From Longimicrobiales bacterium (GTDB taxonomy: Bacteria; Gemmatimonadota; Gemmatimonadetes; Longimicrobiales; Gaopeijiaceae): a stretch of 64,000 nt of DNA. A model generated the notes under the pieces. The model ran no database searches. It saw nothing but the letters and a program-made list of their open reading frames with translations, and was not told the origin of the DNA. The position numbers and the translations under genes were made by a program. The DNA lies in assembly GCA_965225805.1 (NCBI GenBank), contig OZ245327.1, forward strand, positions 1,604,603 to 1,668,602, read 5' to 3'. This document shows positions 1 to 9,355 of this stretch, piece by piece (positions within the stretch are counted from its first letter, which is position 1; each line of letters starts with the position of its first letter).

Positions 1-607
1 CGTCGAAGCCGCCGGCGTAGCCCGCCGCGGCCAGCTCCTCCTGCACCAGGTCGGGCCGAATGCAGAGCATCTCCGAGCTCTCGGCGATGTCGGCGTGGCC
101 GCCCACGCGGTCGGTGAGGTCCGGCGCCACCTCGCGCACCGCGCTCTCCCACAACGACACGAACTCCAGCAGATCGGTATAGGCGTGGACGTCGCAATCG
201 GGAGCAACCGCGGCGCGGAGTTCGTCCAGCATCAAGGCGAGGGGCGCGAAGTTGCCGCCGTGGGACGGCACGAGGTAGACCGTACGGAAGCCGTGGCGCG
301 CGAGACTGACCACATAGTCCATGCAGATGGCCTTGAGCGTCTCCCCTCTGAGCGAAACGGTGCCCGGAAAGCCCATGTGGTGCTCCGAGCAACCCACCCG
401 AATCGTGGGACCCACGAGAGTGCGCCCCAGGCGGTGGGCCACCTCGAGCGCCAACCGGTCGCCGCGCGCCGCATCCACGAGGAGCGGCAGGTGCCTGCCG
501 TGCTGTTCAATCGCGCCCACGGCCACCACGACCGACGTAAACCCGTCGGCCAGCGCCCTCTCCACCTCGGGCCAGGTCATTTCTTCGAGGAGCAGGTTGT
601 GAAGCAT
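1..607 (-). CDS. creatininase / creatinine amidohydrolase (MftE-like) family protein; C-terminus runs off the window
   Basis: Own minus-strand translation from ATG (607..605): MLHNLLLEEMTWPEVERALADGFTSVVVAVGAIEQHGRHLPLLVDAARGD...VPSHGGN. The GxxEQHGxHLPL metal-site motif is typical of the family. It is not in the ORF track because it is open at the window edge. The 95..637 + ORF is its shadow. Confidence 0.65.
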   Translation of the reverse strand, partial: MLHNLLLEEMTWPEVERALADGFTSVVVAVGAIEQHGRHLPLLVDAARGDRLALEVAHRLGRTLVGPTIRVGCSEHHMGFPGTVSLRGETLKAICMDYVVSLARHGFRTVYLVPSHGGNFAPLALMLDELRAAVAPDCDVHAYTDLLEFVSLWESAVREVAPDLTDRVGGHADIAESSEMLCIRPDLVQEELAAAGYAGGFD

Positions 608-747
608 GGCCCCAACGTATGCGGAGATGGGGAATAGCTCCAGATCAAGCGGAAGAAAGGGACGTCCGGCCGGCCGCCCCGGATCTCTCCAGGACGGCCG
701 GCCATGTTGTCAGCCGCGGCGCACGAGTCGCCGCGACGAGGTGAAGA

Positions 748-2133
748 TCAGTTCGCCTGAGGCCGAATCGTCACCCGGATGACGTCCGTGATGGCCGGGT
801 AGTAGAACCCGTCGGCGGCCATCATGACATCGACCTCGTGCACGGTGCCTCCTTCCTCGTCGGCTCCGGTGTCCGGCTCCGCCTGGCGGGGCGCCTGGTT
901 GGGACCGGCCCCGGGAGCCTCGTTCATCTCGGTGCCCGCATCCCACAGCTGGACTTCGTCGGTGATGTCGCCGCTGATGGGCGCGCCGGCGGCGTCGAAC
1001 AGCCCGACACCCCTCTCATCCGGCGCGAAGAACAGGTCGTTCGACTGCACCAGCATGGTGGCGAAGGAGAGGTAGTCGCCCGGGTTGGCGTCGAAGGTGA
1101 AGGAATAGCTCTGCCCCGGGAATGCGGGGGCGGGATCCGACCCTCCCGCGGGTGTGGCAAAGGCACCCGACGTGACTCCGTCAACGGTCGCCAGCTCGTC
1201 CGCGAGCGCGGTCGGGACCCCGTCCTCGGCCAGCGCCTCCATGCCCTTGCTCGCGGCCTCGCCGTCATCGAAGAGGACGCCTGCTCCGGTGTGGACCGCG
1301 AAGACCCCGGGAGCGATGGGGGTGGTCAGGCCGGTGCGGCCAGCCAGCGCCTCGCCGAGTTCTCCGGCGGTGCCGTCTTCGGCGAGCCCCTCGAGGCCCT
1401 CCCCGCGGTCGGCTTCGCCTTCGGTGAAGATCGGATTCTCCGCGCTGTGCACCACCCACACCCCGGGCGCCAGCGGCACATCCGGAAGCGACATCATGTC
1501 GGAGGTCATCAGCGTGGTCGCCGTGCTGACGTTCTCGATGCGGAGGTGGAACATGCCGGCGCCTTTCGACTCCAGCGTGACGCGGATGACGTCGCTGACC
1601 TCGGGCAGGTTGCCGAACGCGTCGGTCACCAGGCGCACCTCGCGCTCGGGATCGGCTTCTCCGGTGTCGGGCCCGGCCTGGCTCGGTGCCTGGTCTGTGC
1701 CGGCGCCCGGTTCCTGGTTGATCTCGGTCCCGGCGTCCCAGAGCATGATCTGGTCGGTGACGTCACCGCTCACCGGCGCGCCATCGCCGTCATGGAGTGC
1801 GATCCCGCGGCCGTCGGGTGCGAAATAGTAGTCGTTCGAGTGCACGAACATGGTTGCAAAGGAAAGGTACATCCCGGGAGCGGCCGCGAAGTCGAACTCA
1901 TACGTGGCGCCCGCATGCAGCGGACCGGGCTCATCCGCTCCCGTCGGAACGGCGAATACACCGGAACCGAGGAAGTCGTAGGCAGCGGAGACGTTCTCGA
2001 TGGTGACCTCGAAAGTGGTCGCCGCAGGCGCCGGTGGCTCGACCGGCGGCGCGATCACTTCCTCATCGTCGCATGCTCCCAACATCACGGCTCCAGCGAG
2101 TGCATTGATCGCGAGTCGTCTGGAATATTTCAT
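748..2133 (-). CDS. spondin-domain lipoprotein (three tandem spondin_N-like repeats)
   Basis: 461-aa ORF with a lipoprotein signal (AVMLGAC). Three internal repeats carry TFEVTIENVS / GVWVVHS...GLEGLAEDG / LSFATM(F/L)V(H/Q)SND(Y/L)FFAP blocks, as in bacterial spondin-like proteins. Confidence 0.7.
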   Translation of the reverse strand: MKYSRRLAINALAGAVMLGACDDEEVIAPPVEPPAPAATTFEVTIENVSAAYDFLGSGVFAVPTGADEPGPLHAGATYEFDFAAAPGMYLSFATMFVHSNDYYFAPDGRGIALHDGDGAPVSGDVTDQIMLWDAGTEINQEPGAGTDQAPSQAGPDTGEADPEREVRLVTDAFGNLPEVSDVIRVTLESKGAGMFHLRIENVSTATTLMTSDMMSLPDVPLAPGVWVVHSAENPIFTEGEADRGEGLEGLAEDGTAGELGEALAGRTGLTTPIAPGVFAVHTGAGVLFDDGEAASKGMEALAEDGVPTALADELATVDGVTSGAFATPAGGSDPAPAFPGQSYSFTFDANPGDYLSFATMLVQSNDLFFAPDERGVGLFDAAGAPISGDITDEVQLWDAGTEMNEAPGAGPNQAPRQAEPDTGADEEGGTVHEVDVMMAADGFYYPAITDVIRVTIRPQAN

Positions 2134-2479
2134 AATTCTGGCTCCCCTTGTTTTCGGAGTGGTTGCTCACGACTGCTGGGGAGCGTCGATGTCCTGGTTC
2201 AGACACGGTCTGGCAATCCGATCCGAAGACCACCGGCGCTCCGCATCAGTCCGACACACGTCGATGGCAAGGAGCTTGCACGAATGATGCCGCAGAGGCT
2301 CGCCCCGGATGATTCGGCGGGATGAGCGAAGACTTCGTGGCGGCTCCTTACTTGGCCGACGTGACCGGGCCGGCGTATACTGCCTGACTTCAGCGCAACA
2401 TCAGGAGGAACCAGGATGTCTGACGAAGCCGATCCCGCGCCGCGACCTTGCCGCGCCCGCATCGGGGAGGGGGATTGAG

Positions 2480-3400
2480 ATGCTGCGCCAAGCCCTGCTC
2501 TGGGCATCGCGGAACGCGTGGCTCGAGGGCCAGATGCGGCGCCGCTCCTTTGCTCGCCGGGCGGTTTCCCGCTTCATGCCGGGCGAGACCGCCGAGGCGG
2601 CTCTGGAGGCCACCCGCAAGCTGCGCGAGCACGAGATCTCGACGGTGTTCACCAAGCTCGGCGAGGCCCTCGACGATCGGCACGAGATCGAGAAGGTCAT
2701 GCAGCACTACACGGGGCTGCTGGAGCGCATCGCGGCGGAGCGGCTGAACACCCAGATCTCGATCAAGCTCACCCAGCTCGGGCAGGATCTCGGGCAGGAC
2801 TTCGCACAGGCCAATCTCAAGCGCCTCGCGGAGTCGGCTGCGGCGAACGGCAACGTCGTCTGGGTGGACATGGAGGCGTCGCCGTACGTCGACGAGACCC
2901 TCGACATCTTCACCACCACGCTTGCCGAACACCCCAACCTCGGTCTGTGCGTGCAGGCGTACCTGTACCGCACGACGGCCGACGTGGAGCGGCTGCTCGC
3001 CCTGGGCGCCCGGCTGCGGCTGGTGAAGGGAGCCTACCAGGAGCCGGCGGAGATCGCCTATCCGCGCAAGGCCGATGTGGACGAGAACTTTCTGGCGCTG
3101 ACCCGGCTCATGCTCGAGAACGCCGACCCCTCCGCGCCTCAGGGGATCGCAACCCATGACATCGTTCTCCTGGCGCGCATTCTGGAGGAGGCGCGCGCCA
3201 GCGGCGTACCCTCGGGCGCATTCGAAGTGCAGATGCTCTATGGCATCCGAACGCGCGAGCAGTTGGCGCTGAGGCGCCGCGGCATCCCCGTGCGGGTTCT
3301 CATCAGCTACGGGCCGCATTGGTACGCGTGGTACATGCGGCGGCTGGCGGAGCGGCCCGCCAACCTGGGGTTCGTCGTCCGCAGTGTCTTCACGCGCTAG
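2480..3400 (+). CDS. proline dehydrogenase family protein
   Basis: In frame with track ORF 2309..3400. ATG 2480 gives MLRQALLWASRNAWLEGQMRR...FMPGETAEAALE...RLVKGAYQEP...MLYGIR, the typical stand-alone PRODH layout. Confidence 0.75.
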   Translation: MLRQALLWASRNAWLEGQMRRRSFARRAVSRFMPGETAEAALEATRKLREHEISTVFTKLGEALDDRHEIEKVMQHYTGLLERIAAERLNTQISIKLTQLGQDLGQDFAQANLKRLAESAAANGNVVWVDMEASPYVDETLDIFTTTLAEHPNLGLCVQAYLYRTTADVERLLALGARLRLVKGAYQEPAEIAYPRKADVDENFLALTRLMLENADPSAPQGIATHDIVLLARILEEARASGVPSGAFEVQMLYGIRTREQLALRRRGIPVRVLISYGPHWYAWYMRRLAERPANLGFVVRSVFTR

Positions 3401-5003
3401 AACCCGCCTCGCCGACGGGCTGCGGGCGAACCTGCTCTCGGCGGGCATCCCGGCGCGGGACGACGATGTCGATCGGGTTGTCGCGGAAGGCTATCTGGAC
3501 CGCGCGCCGGCGTTTCGCGAAGCCCTCGCGACCTTGGGGGAGGACGACATTCCGGACCCTCTGTCTGGGTGGTCGATTCCCGGGCCGGGGGTGGTCGAGG
3601 ACGGCGGTTCGACGGGACCACCCTGTGGCGCGGTGGATCCGGTGGACGTGGCTGAGGGACGGGTTGACTGGCCATCGACCATCGCCGGACTGGCCCCCTT
3701 GGTGCGCGCCCGCGCGATCTCGCCCGTCGAGCTGACCGAGCAGGCGCTCGCCCGTATCGAGGAGGACGATGACCGGGCGAACGCCTTCCAGCTGGTCCTG
3801 GCGGAGAGAGCGCGGGCGGCGGCCCGGCGAGCAGAAGACGAGTTGGCCAACGGCGCGTGGCGAGGGCCGCTGCACGGGATTCCGGTCGCGGTCAAGGATC
3901 TCGTGGCCATGAAGGACACGGTGACCACCGCCGGGTCGAAGGTCTTCGCCGGGCGGGTCACCGGCCACGACGCGACCGCGGTGGAGCGCCTGCGGGAAGC
4001 GGGCGCCGTCATCGTGGGGAAGACCCGCCTGTCGGAGTTCGCGTACTGGCCGGGGTCGACCAACCCCCACTACGGCCCCACCCCCAACCCCCGCGACCCC
4101 ACCCGCGACGCGGGTGGGTCCAGCAGCGGGTCGGCGGCGGCGGTGGCTCGCGGCATGGTGTACGGCGCCCTCGGGTCGGACACCGGGGGCTCGATCCGCA
4201 TCCCGGCGGCGCTCTGCGGGGTGGTCGGCCTCAAGCCCACCTTCGGGCGCGCGAGCCTCTTCGGTTGCACCCCGCTGGCCTGGTCGCTCGACCACCTGGG
4301 TCCTCTCGCGCGCAGCGTCGAAGACGCGGCGCTGCTGCTCGCCGCGATCGCCGGACCCGACCCGCGCGACGGCCGCACCCGGGCGAGCCGGCCGTTCGTG
4401 GCGGCCGGCGCGCGCGGTGGGCGGGACGGAGGTGTGCGCGGTCTGCGGGTCGGCGTGCCCCGTGAGCTGCACTCGCACACTCCTCCAGGGGCCGCGGCCT
4501 CTCGCTCGTGGGCGCGCGCAAACCAGGCGCTGGAGGAAGCGGGCGCGACTTTGGTGGAGGTCGACCTCGACGACATCCACCTGCTGCGCCAGGTGGCCGT
4601 TGTGACATTGGGGGTCGAAGCCGCGGCCTTTCATGCGCCCCTGCTGCGGGCCCGCTACGACGACTACGGCCAGTTCTGCCTGGGCCGTTTGCTCGGGGCC
4701 TTCACCTTCAACGCCGGGGACTTCCTCGGGGCACAGCGACTGAGGCACCGGATACGCGAGCGCTGGAACGCCATCCTGCAGAGCGTCGACCTGCTGAGCT
4801 TGCCGTGCCAGCCCGGCGTGGCTCCACCATTGGACATGCCTGCCTCGACGGACCTTACGAATCCCTTCAACGCGCTCGGCTGGCCTGCGATCAGCGTTCC
4901 CTGGGGCAACGGGGAGGGCGGCCTCCCGCTCGCAGTGCAGCTCGTCGCGAAGCCGTGGGATGAAGTCACGCTGTTGCGTGCAGCGCGGGTGCTCGACGGG
5001 TGA
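3384..5003 (+). CDS. amidase-signature family amidase
   Basis: GGSSSGSAAAVA amidase-signature motif and an upstream KD..A.K.T.TTAGS block. GTG 3384 overlaps the upstream stop, so the exact start is uncertain. Confidence 0.8.
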   Translation: MSSRARTRLADGLRANLLSAGIPARDDDVDRVVAEGYLDRAPAFREALATLGEDDIPDPLSGWSIPGPGVVEDGGSTGPPCGAVDPVDVAEGRVDWPSTIAGLAPLVRARAISPVELTEQALARIEEDDDRANAFQLVLAERARAAARRAEDELANGAWRGPLHGIPVAVKDLVAMKDTVTTAGSKVFAGRVTGHDATAVERLREAGAVIVGKTRLSEFAYWPGSTNPHYGPTPNPRDPTRDAGGSSSGSAAAVARGMVYGALGSDTGGSIRIPAALCGVVGLKPTFGRASLFGCTPLAWSLDHLGPLARSVEDAALLLAAIAGPDPRDGRTRASRPFVAAGARGGRDGGVRGLRVGVPRELHSHTPPGAAASRSWARANQALEEAGATLVEVDLDDIHLLRQVAVVTLGVEAAAFHAPLLRARYDDYGQFCLGRLLGAFTFNAGDFLGAQRLRHRIRERWNAILQSVDLLSLPCQPGVAPPLDMPASTDLTNPFNALGWPAISVPWGNGEGGLPLAVQLVAKPWDEVTLLRAARVLDG

Positions 5004-5419
5004 GGCGCGGCTGGAGGATTGCCCTGCTGGCGATCCTTGGCTGCAGCGAAGGCGGCCCTTCCGAGCCGCCGGACACACCGCAGGCACCCGGACTGCTTGA
5101 GCCTGCCGTTCCGCCTGCGGGATACGAAGGTCCGACGACGATGTTCGGCTTTCGGTACGGCTTCAAGGGGCAACTGACCCGGTCGGGGATCGGCGTGGGC
5201 CATCTTCCTCCAGAGGCCGGGGAGATGGACCGGGTTCCCTGGCTATGGATCGGCTGCTTCATCCGGGGAAATGCCGAAGCCCGCTATGTGAGGATCCACT
5301 CGGTCGCAGGGTCCGCTCTACCCTGTGGCTTCTCTTGGCACAGGGACCACCTGGATGGCGTGGTAGAGTCGCCACGCACGCCCCTGTGGGAGGCGCTCAT
5401 CGTCGTGATCGTACCCTGA
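5000..5419 (+). CDS. hypothetical lipoprotein
   Basis: GTGA start/stop overlap with the amidase gene. N-terminal LLAILGC lipobox. No recognisable family. Confidence 0.4.
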   Translation: MRRGWRIALLAILGCSEGGPSEPPDTPQAPGLLEPAVPPAGYEGPTTMFGFRYGFKGQLTRSGIGVGHLPPEAGEMDRVPWLWIGCFIRGNAEARYVRIHSVAGSALPCGFSWHRDHLDGVVESPRTPLWEALIVVIVP

Positions 5420-5514
5420 GGGCGCGAGCCGGGGCCTAAGCTGCTTCTCCTCGCCGTGCGTGTGGTAGACGCGCGTGCCGCCGGCGAGCACGGTGCAGGT
5501 GATCTGGCCTGGGC

Positions 5515-6546
5515 CTAAGCCAAGTCACGGTCCGGCCGGCTCCGGAGCACACGAGCCACCTCGTCGGGCGTTGCCGTCGCCGCCCCCCGTCGCGTCACCA
5601 CGACTGAAGCGGCCGCATTGGCCAGCACGGCCGCGCCCAGGATGTCCGAACCGGCCGCCAGGGCAAGCAGCAGCGCGCTCGCCACCGTGTCGCCGGCGCC
5701 GGTCACATCCGCCACCTCCCCCTGGCGAACCGGCGGGACGTCCCGCCATGCCCCGTCGCCCTCGAAGACGCGCATCCCCCGGCTTCCGCGAGTGAGCACC
5801 AGCGCAGGCGCACCCAGGCGGGTCAGGAGTTCTCTCCCGGCCGCTGTCACGTCGGCATCGTTGCGCAGAATGCGGCCCAGGACCGCTCCCGCCTCCTCTT
5901 CGTTCGGGGTTGCTACCGTAACGCCTCGGAACTCGGTCAGCTGATAGCGCGAATCCGCGCAGGAGGGGATTCCCCGCATGCGCGCCGCCTGGATGAGACA
6001 GGAACGCACCGGCGGCGCCAGGGTCGAGTACCCGTAGTCGGAAAGCAGCACCGCGTCCACTTCTCCAAACAGGGTGCGGGCGTGCCGGGTGAGTCGCTGG
6101 ATCCGGCTCGCGCCGTATTCCTCCCCTTGGTCGATCCGCAACACCTGCTGTTTGGCCGCGTTCGCGGCCCCCGCGAGAATGCGGGTCTTCATGACGGTGG
6201 GCCGCTCCGGGTCGCGCAGAATCCCGCGAGTGTCGACGCCCGCGGCCCCGAGCAGTTCGACCACCTCGTCCCCTTCCCGGTCTTGCCCCACCAGTCCGAG
6301 CGGCACCGGCTCGCCGCCCAGCGCGCGCACGTTGCGGGTGGCGTTGCCCGCGCCCCCCAGGTTCGTGTTGCCGCTTTCGTGCCGCAGGATGACCACGGGA
6401 GCCTCGCGCGAGAGGCGGGTGGGTCGGCCGATCAGGTAGCGGTCGAGCAGGAAATCGCCCGCCACCAGGATGCGCCGGCCCGCGATCGCATCGAGGGTCG
6501 CCAGGGCTCGGGCGCGCGCGTCGTTCAACGATTTGTCGGGGGGCAT
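5515..6546 (-). CDS. PfkB-family sugar kinase, RfaE/HldE domain-I-like (D-glycero-beta-D-manno-heptose-7-phosphate kinase)
   Basis: 343 aa with NLGGAGN and C-terminal DVTGAGDTV motifs of ribokinase/PfkB kinases. Lies directly upstream of a GmhB-like gene. Confidence 0.7.
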   Translation of the reverse strand: MPPDKSLNDARARALATLDAIAGRRILVAGDFLLDRYLIGRPTRLSREAPVVILRHESGNTNLGGAGNATRNVRALGGEPVPLGLVGQDREGDEVVELLGAAGVDTRGILRDPERPTVMKTRILAGAANAAKQQVLRIDQGEEYGASRIQRLTRHARTLFGEVDAVLLSDYGYSTLAPPVRSCLIQAARMRGIPSCADSRYQLTEFRGVTVATPNEEEAGAVLGRILRNDADVTAAGRELLTRLGAPALVLTRGSRGMRVFEGDGAWRDVPPVRQGEVADVTGAGDTVASALLLALAAGSDILGAAVLANAAASVVVTRRGAATATPDEVARVLRSRPDRDLA

Positions 6547-6553
6547 GGCGTCC

Positions 6554-7150
6554 TCACCGGGGATCCCGCGGCAGCGCGGTCACGATCGCCTGCGCGGCGG
6601 CGAGGAGGTCATCGCAGATCAGGTCGGGCTCGACGCGCCAGCGGTGCCGCTGGTACTCGATCTGGCCGCGTCCGTATCCGGTACGCAACAGAATCCCTCG
6701 CGCCCCCGCGGCGTGCCCCGTTTCCACATCCGTGATCATGTCCCCGGCCATCCAGGAAGAGGCGAGGTCCACCCCGTGCTCGCCCGCGGCCCGCTTGAGC
6801 ATCCCGGGAAGGGGCTTGCGACAATCGCACACGGCCGGCCGGCCCTCGGGGGGCAGGTGCGGGCAGTAGTAGACCGCCTCGACAAGCGCACCTTCGCGCG
6901 CCAGGCGGTCGACCAGCCGGCGGTGCACCTCGTTCAACACCTCCTCCGTAAAGTACCCGCGCGCAATCCCCGACTGGTTCGTCGCCACGAACACCCGGTA
7001 GCCCGCCTGGTTGAGCAGCCCAATCGCCTCGCCCGAGAAGTCGTGCAGGCGGAAGCGGTCGGGATGGTTGATGTAGCCCACCTCTCTCGCGACCGTGCCG
7101 TACAGGTCGAGGAAGACGGCTCCCGGAAGGGAGGTGCGGGCGGCGGACAT
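6554..7150 (-). CDS. gmhB: D,D-heptose 1,7-bisphosphate phosphatase-like HAD-IIIA protein
   Basis: VFLDLYGTV (motif I), VATNQSGI (motif II), CPH...CDCRKPLPGM (Zn loop + Lys), AGDMITDVETG (motif IV). Start taken at MSAARTS (7150), in frame with track ORF 6554..7201. Confidence 0.7.
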   Translation of the reverse strand: MSAARTSLPGAVFLDLYGTVAREVGYINHPDRFRLHDFSGEAIGLLNQAGYRVFVATNQSGIARGYFTEEVLNEVHRRLVDRLAREGALVEAVYYCPHLPPEGRPAVCDCRKPLPGMLKRAAGEHGVDLASSWMAGDMITDVETGHAAGARGILLRTGYGRGQIEYQRHRWRVEPDLICDDLLAAAQAIVTALPRDPR

Positions 7151-7407
7151 GATGCGACAGTATATCGCTCTCGCGACCAAGTGGGCAGTCCCGCCGCGCA
7201 CGCGTCGCGTCCCTCGGGCAAGACGAGCCGCGGCTCACGGATTGGCCGGGCCCCTGGGCGCGGGCAGCGTCTGTCGGGCCAATGCGCGAGACTGGAACAA
7301 CGCGCCGCTCGCTTCTACATTCCTGCCTCTCACCGGGTGTGCGCGGGGCAGGAGACGAGGGCAGGGACGCATCGGGTCCCGCGGACGCGGGGCCACAGCT
7401 CGGTAAC

Positions 7408-7480
7408 GGGGCCATAGCTCAGTCGGGAGAGCGCCTGCTTTGCAAGCAGGAGGTCGCCGGTTCGATTCCGGCTGGCTCCA
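7408..7480 (+). tRNA. tRNA-Ala(TGC): tRNA-Ala (anticodon TGC)
   Basis: Hand-folded cloverleaf of 73 nt: acceptor GGGGCCA/TGGCTCC with the G3:U70 alanine identity pair, D arm GCTC/GAGC, anticodon stem CCTGC/GCAGG with loop TTTGCAA, T arm GCCGG-TTCGATT-CCGGC, discriminator A. No encoded CCA. Confidence 0.93.
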
Positions 7481-7561
7481 TTGAACTTACGCGGTTGGGA
7501 CGCGGAGTGCCCGCCAATTAATTTCCGTTATTTGGGCCAGGAGCAGGTCCTCCGGCGGTCC

Positions 7562-7769
7562 TCAAGGGCCTTCCTGAGCTTGTCCTCGTCCGCGCTGGTA
7601 GCACTCGAGCACCGTCCGGGCCGTCTTCCATCCGCCCAGCTGGCAGAGCACCTTGAGCGGCTGGTTCATGAGGTCCGAGGCGAACTTCCGCCTGAGGGAG
7701 TGCCAACTGCGGCCACGCTTGGGCTCCAGCCCGGCGCGTGCCACGGGCTTCAACGTCAACGTCGGACCA
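7562..7769 (-). pseudogene. tyrosine integrase, C-terminal fragment only
   Basis: ...GLEPKRGRSWHSLRRKFASDLMNQPLKVLCQLGGWKTARTVLECYQR aligns with the last ~70 aa of the full integrase at 18480..19640. The upstream part is replaced by junction element A. Confidence 0.8.
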
Positions 7770-7935
7770 GCGGACTGCTGGTGGCGCGAATTACGGCAAG
7801 GAATCACGTAAGTTCAATTGGGACTGCACGATCTGCCATTCTTGCCGTTGGACCATGTCTGATTCCGTCGTGTCACAACTGCCGGAAAGACGGAGTCGAT
7901 TGGCGGGAATCCCGACCAATTCGGAGAGCGGGAAT
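7770..7935 (-). repeat. junction element copy A (about 150 nt, 4 copies in the window)
   Basis: The reverse complement reads GATTCCCGCCAATCG...CCAACGGCAAGAATGGCAGATCGTGCAGTCCCAATTGAACTTACGTGATTCCTTGCCGTAATTCGCGCCACCAGCAGTCCGC. It aligns with copies at 30090.., 42321.. and 46241.. Confidence 0.85.
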
Positions 7936-7989
7936 GCGTCGCACGGAATGGGATGGCCGCGGACGAAGTTCTGGGCGAGGAAGGAAGAG

Positions 7990-8340
7990 AGACAAGTCGA
8001 ACCGGGCGATCTCCCGCCCTTCCACGTGCGGTCTTGTCGGCCCAACCTCCCCCACCCGCCCCGCAGACAGCACCGCGGCTTGTTCGAGCACAGCGCGCGT
8101 CGCCTTGTGCTGCGTGTCGGGCGGGCAGCCGTGCTTCGTTGGGATCCGCTTGACCAAGCGGCGCAGGTTTGGCGCGGACGTTGTCGCGAAGCGTCCAGTC
8201 GATCCTGACGTTGTTTCGCAGGTCTGGACCGGCAGATCCGGATTGTCGCGCTCGATCGCGGCCATCGTGCAATCCACGGTCTGGCCGATGGTCGGCTGTC
8301 TTGCCTGGGCCTTCAGGCGCGCCCAGCAGGCGGCTCATGA
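7990..8340 (-). pseudogene. type I restriction enzyme HsdR, C-terminal remnant (frameshifted)
   Basis: Two minus frames together read ...[11 protein letters not shown] / [37 protein letters not shown]. This resembles the conserved HsdR C-terminal block (iDWt.re.vrA.lr..vkr.L.kyGYPPd....At..vleQae.l). No upstream helicase part is present. Confidence 0.4.
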
Positions 8341-8527
8341 ACGACTGGGCCGCGTATCTGGCGGGCTAGCTGCTAGACTCTCGAACCGGCGACGCCGCGA
8401 GCGGCACGCGTCCGCTCGCATGTCGGATCGTGTTGAAATTGGCGCACGGTAACCTGCGCAGCTAGGTTTTCGAGCCCAACGGGCGGAGTCGGGGTGCGGA
8501 ATCAGCAGGGAGAGCGACGGAACAATT

Positions 8528-9145
8528 ATGGGCCACGATTGCAGGGCATCATGGACGGCGCTATTCGGAAGCATCCCCGTCCTGGTCGGCTTGATCGCCG
8601 GATCAGAGCCCCTGAGTGCGCAGGATGTGGGAGAACGCGTCCGCGTGACGATTGGGGATGGAGTGGCCAGTACCGGCCAGTTCCAGGGCATAGCGGAAGA
8701 GAGTATCGACCTACTCCTAAGCGATGGCCCGACCGGCTCCATCCGCTCTTTCGCCCGCTCGGAGATCGTTCTGCTCGAACGGAGCCTCGGGACCACGCGG
8801 CAGTGGAAACGGGGGCTGCTTTGGGGCGGCGCAGGCGGCTTCGCCGCGGGACTCGTGAAGGGTCTGGTGTCGGGCTACGATACTTGCCCCCCCGCGACGT
8901 TGTGTTTTTCGCCTGAACAATACGAACATCATGAAGGCCTCTATGCGGCCCTGGTGTACGGGATAGGATTCGGTGCCGTGGGCGCGCTCTGGGGCGGTGG
9001 GATTGGGGCGCTGATCCGACGTGAGGAATGGGAAACCATCCCGCACGCGACTCCCAATGGCTTCGCGCTTAGCCCCGTCCTCGATGTCCGGCCAGGGCGG
9101 GACGAAGGCTCAACGACGTACTTGGGAATACGCGTCCAGTTCTAA
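8528..9145 (+). CDS. hypothetical secreted/membrane protein with glycine-zipper segments
   Basis: 205-aa ORF with an N-terminal hydrophobic signal-like segment and GFGAVGALWGGGIGAL glycine-rich helices. No family recognised. Confidence 0.45.
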   Translation: MGHDCRASWTALFGSIPVLVGLIAGSEPLSAQDVGERVRVTIGDGVASTGQFQGIAEESIDLLLSDGPTGSIRSFARSEIVLLERSLGTTRQWKRGLLWGGAGGFAAGLVKGLVSGYDTCPPATLCFSPEQYEHHEGLYAALVYGIGFGAVGALWGGGIGALIRREEWETIPHATPNGFALSPVLDVRPGRDEGSTTYLGIRVQF

Positions 9146-9328
9146 GGACCGCCGCAAGCGCCTTTCCCGCGCATCGGCTGGATGCCGATAATGGGAGGTG
9201 TCGAGTGTCGGCGAGCGTCGAGACCCGAAGGCCGACCCGGTCTTTTGAGGCGCCGGCTCTTGACCCGTTAGCTGTTAGCAGTCATGAGCAGCTTACCCTT
9301 TGAGGCCACGCTTCGCGGGTCCCCGGCG

Positions 9329-9355
9329 GGGGCTGGCGGGGGGCGGTGCCCCCTC
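9329..9355. repeat. orphan copy of the oriT-type hairpin
   Basis: GGGGCTGGCGGGGGGCGGTGCCCCCTC is nearly identical to the hairpin upstream of both intact mobC genes (13457..13483 and 46177..46203), but there is no mob gene next to it. Confidence 0.6.

Noticed and set aside
838-2325. 495-aa ORF antisense to the spondin-like gene. Similar long antisense or offset ORFs include 2390..3448, 3390..5087, 11255..12712, 13803..14978, 27219..29111, 37537..38727, 37546..38970, 42892..44280, 51957..53339, 51968..53395, 54413..55318 and 56137..57534.
   Set aside because: They are Arg/Gly/Pro/Ala-rich low-complexity translations. Each lies opposite or offset to a gene with clear family motifs. This is typical shadow-ORF behaviour in high-GC DNA.
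7990-8040. GGTTCGA-containing stretch on the minus strand that resembled a tRNA T-arm (a possible tRNA fragment or att remnant).
   Set aside because: The flanking bases cannot form a T stem or acceptor stem. The stretch is better explained as the shared 3' flank of the HsdR remnants.
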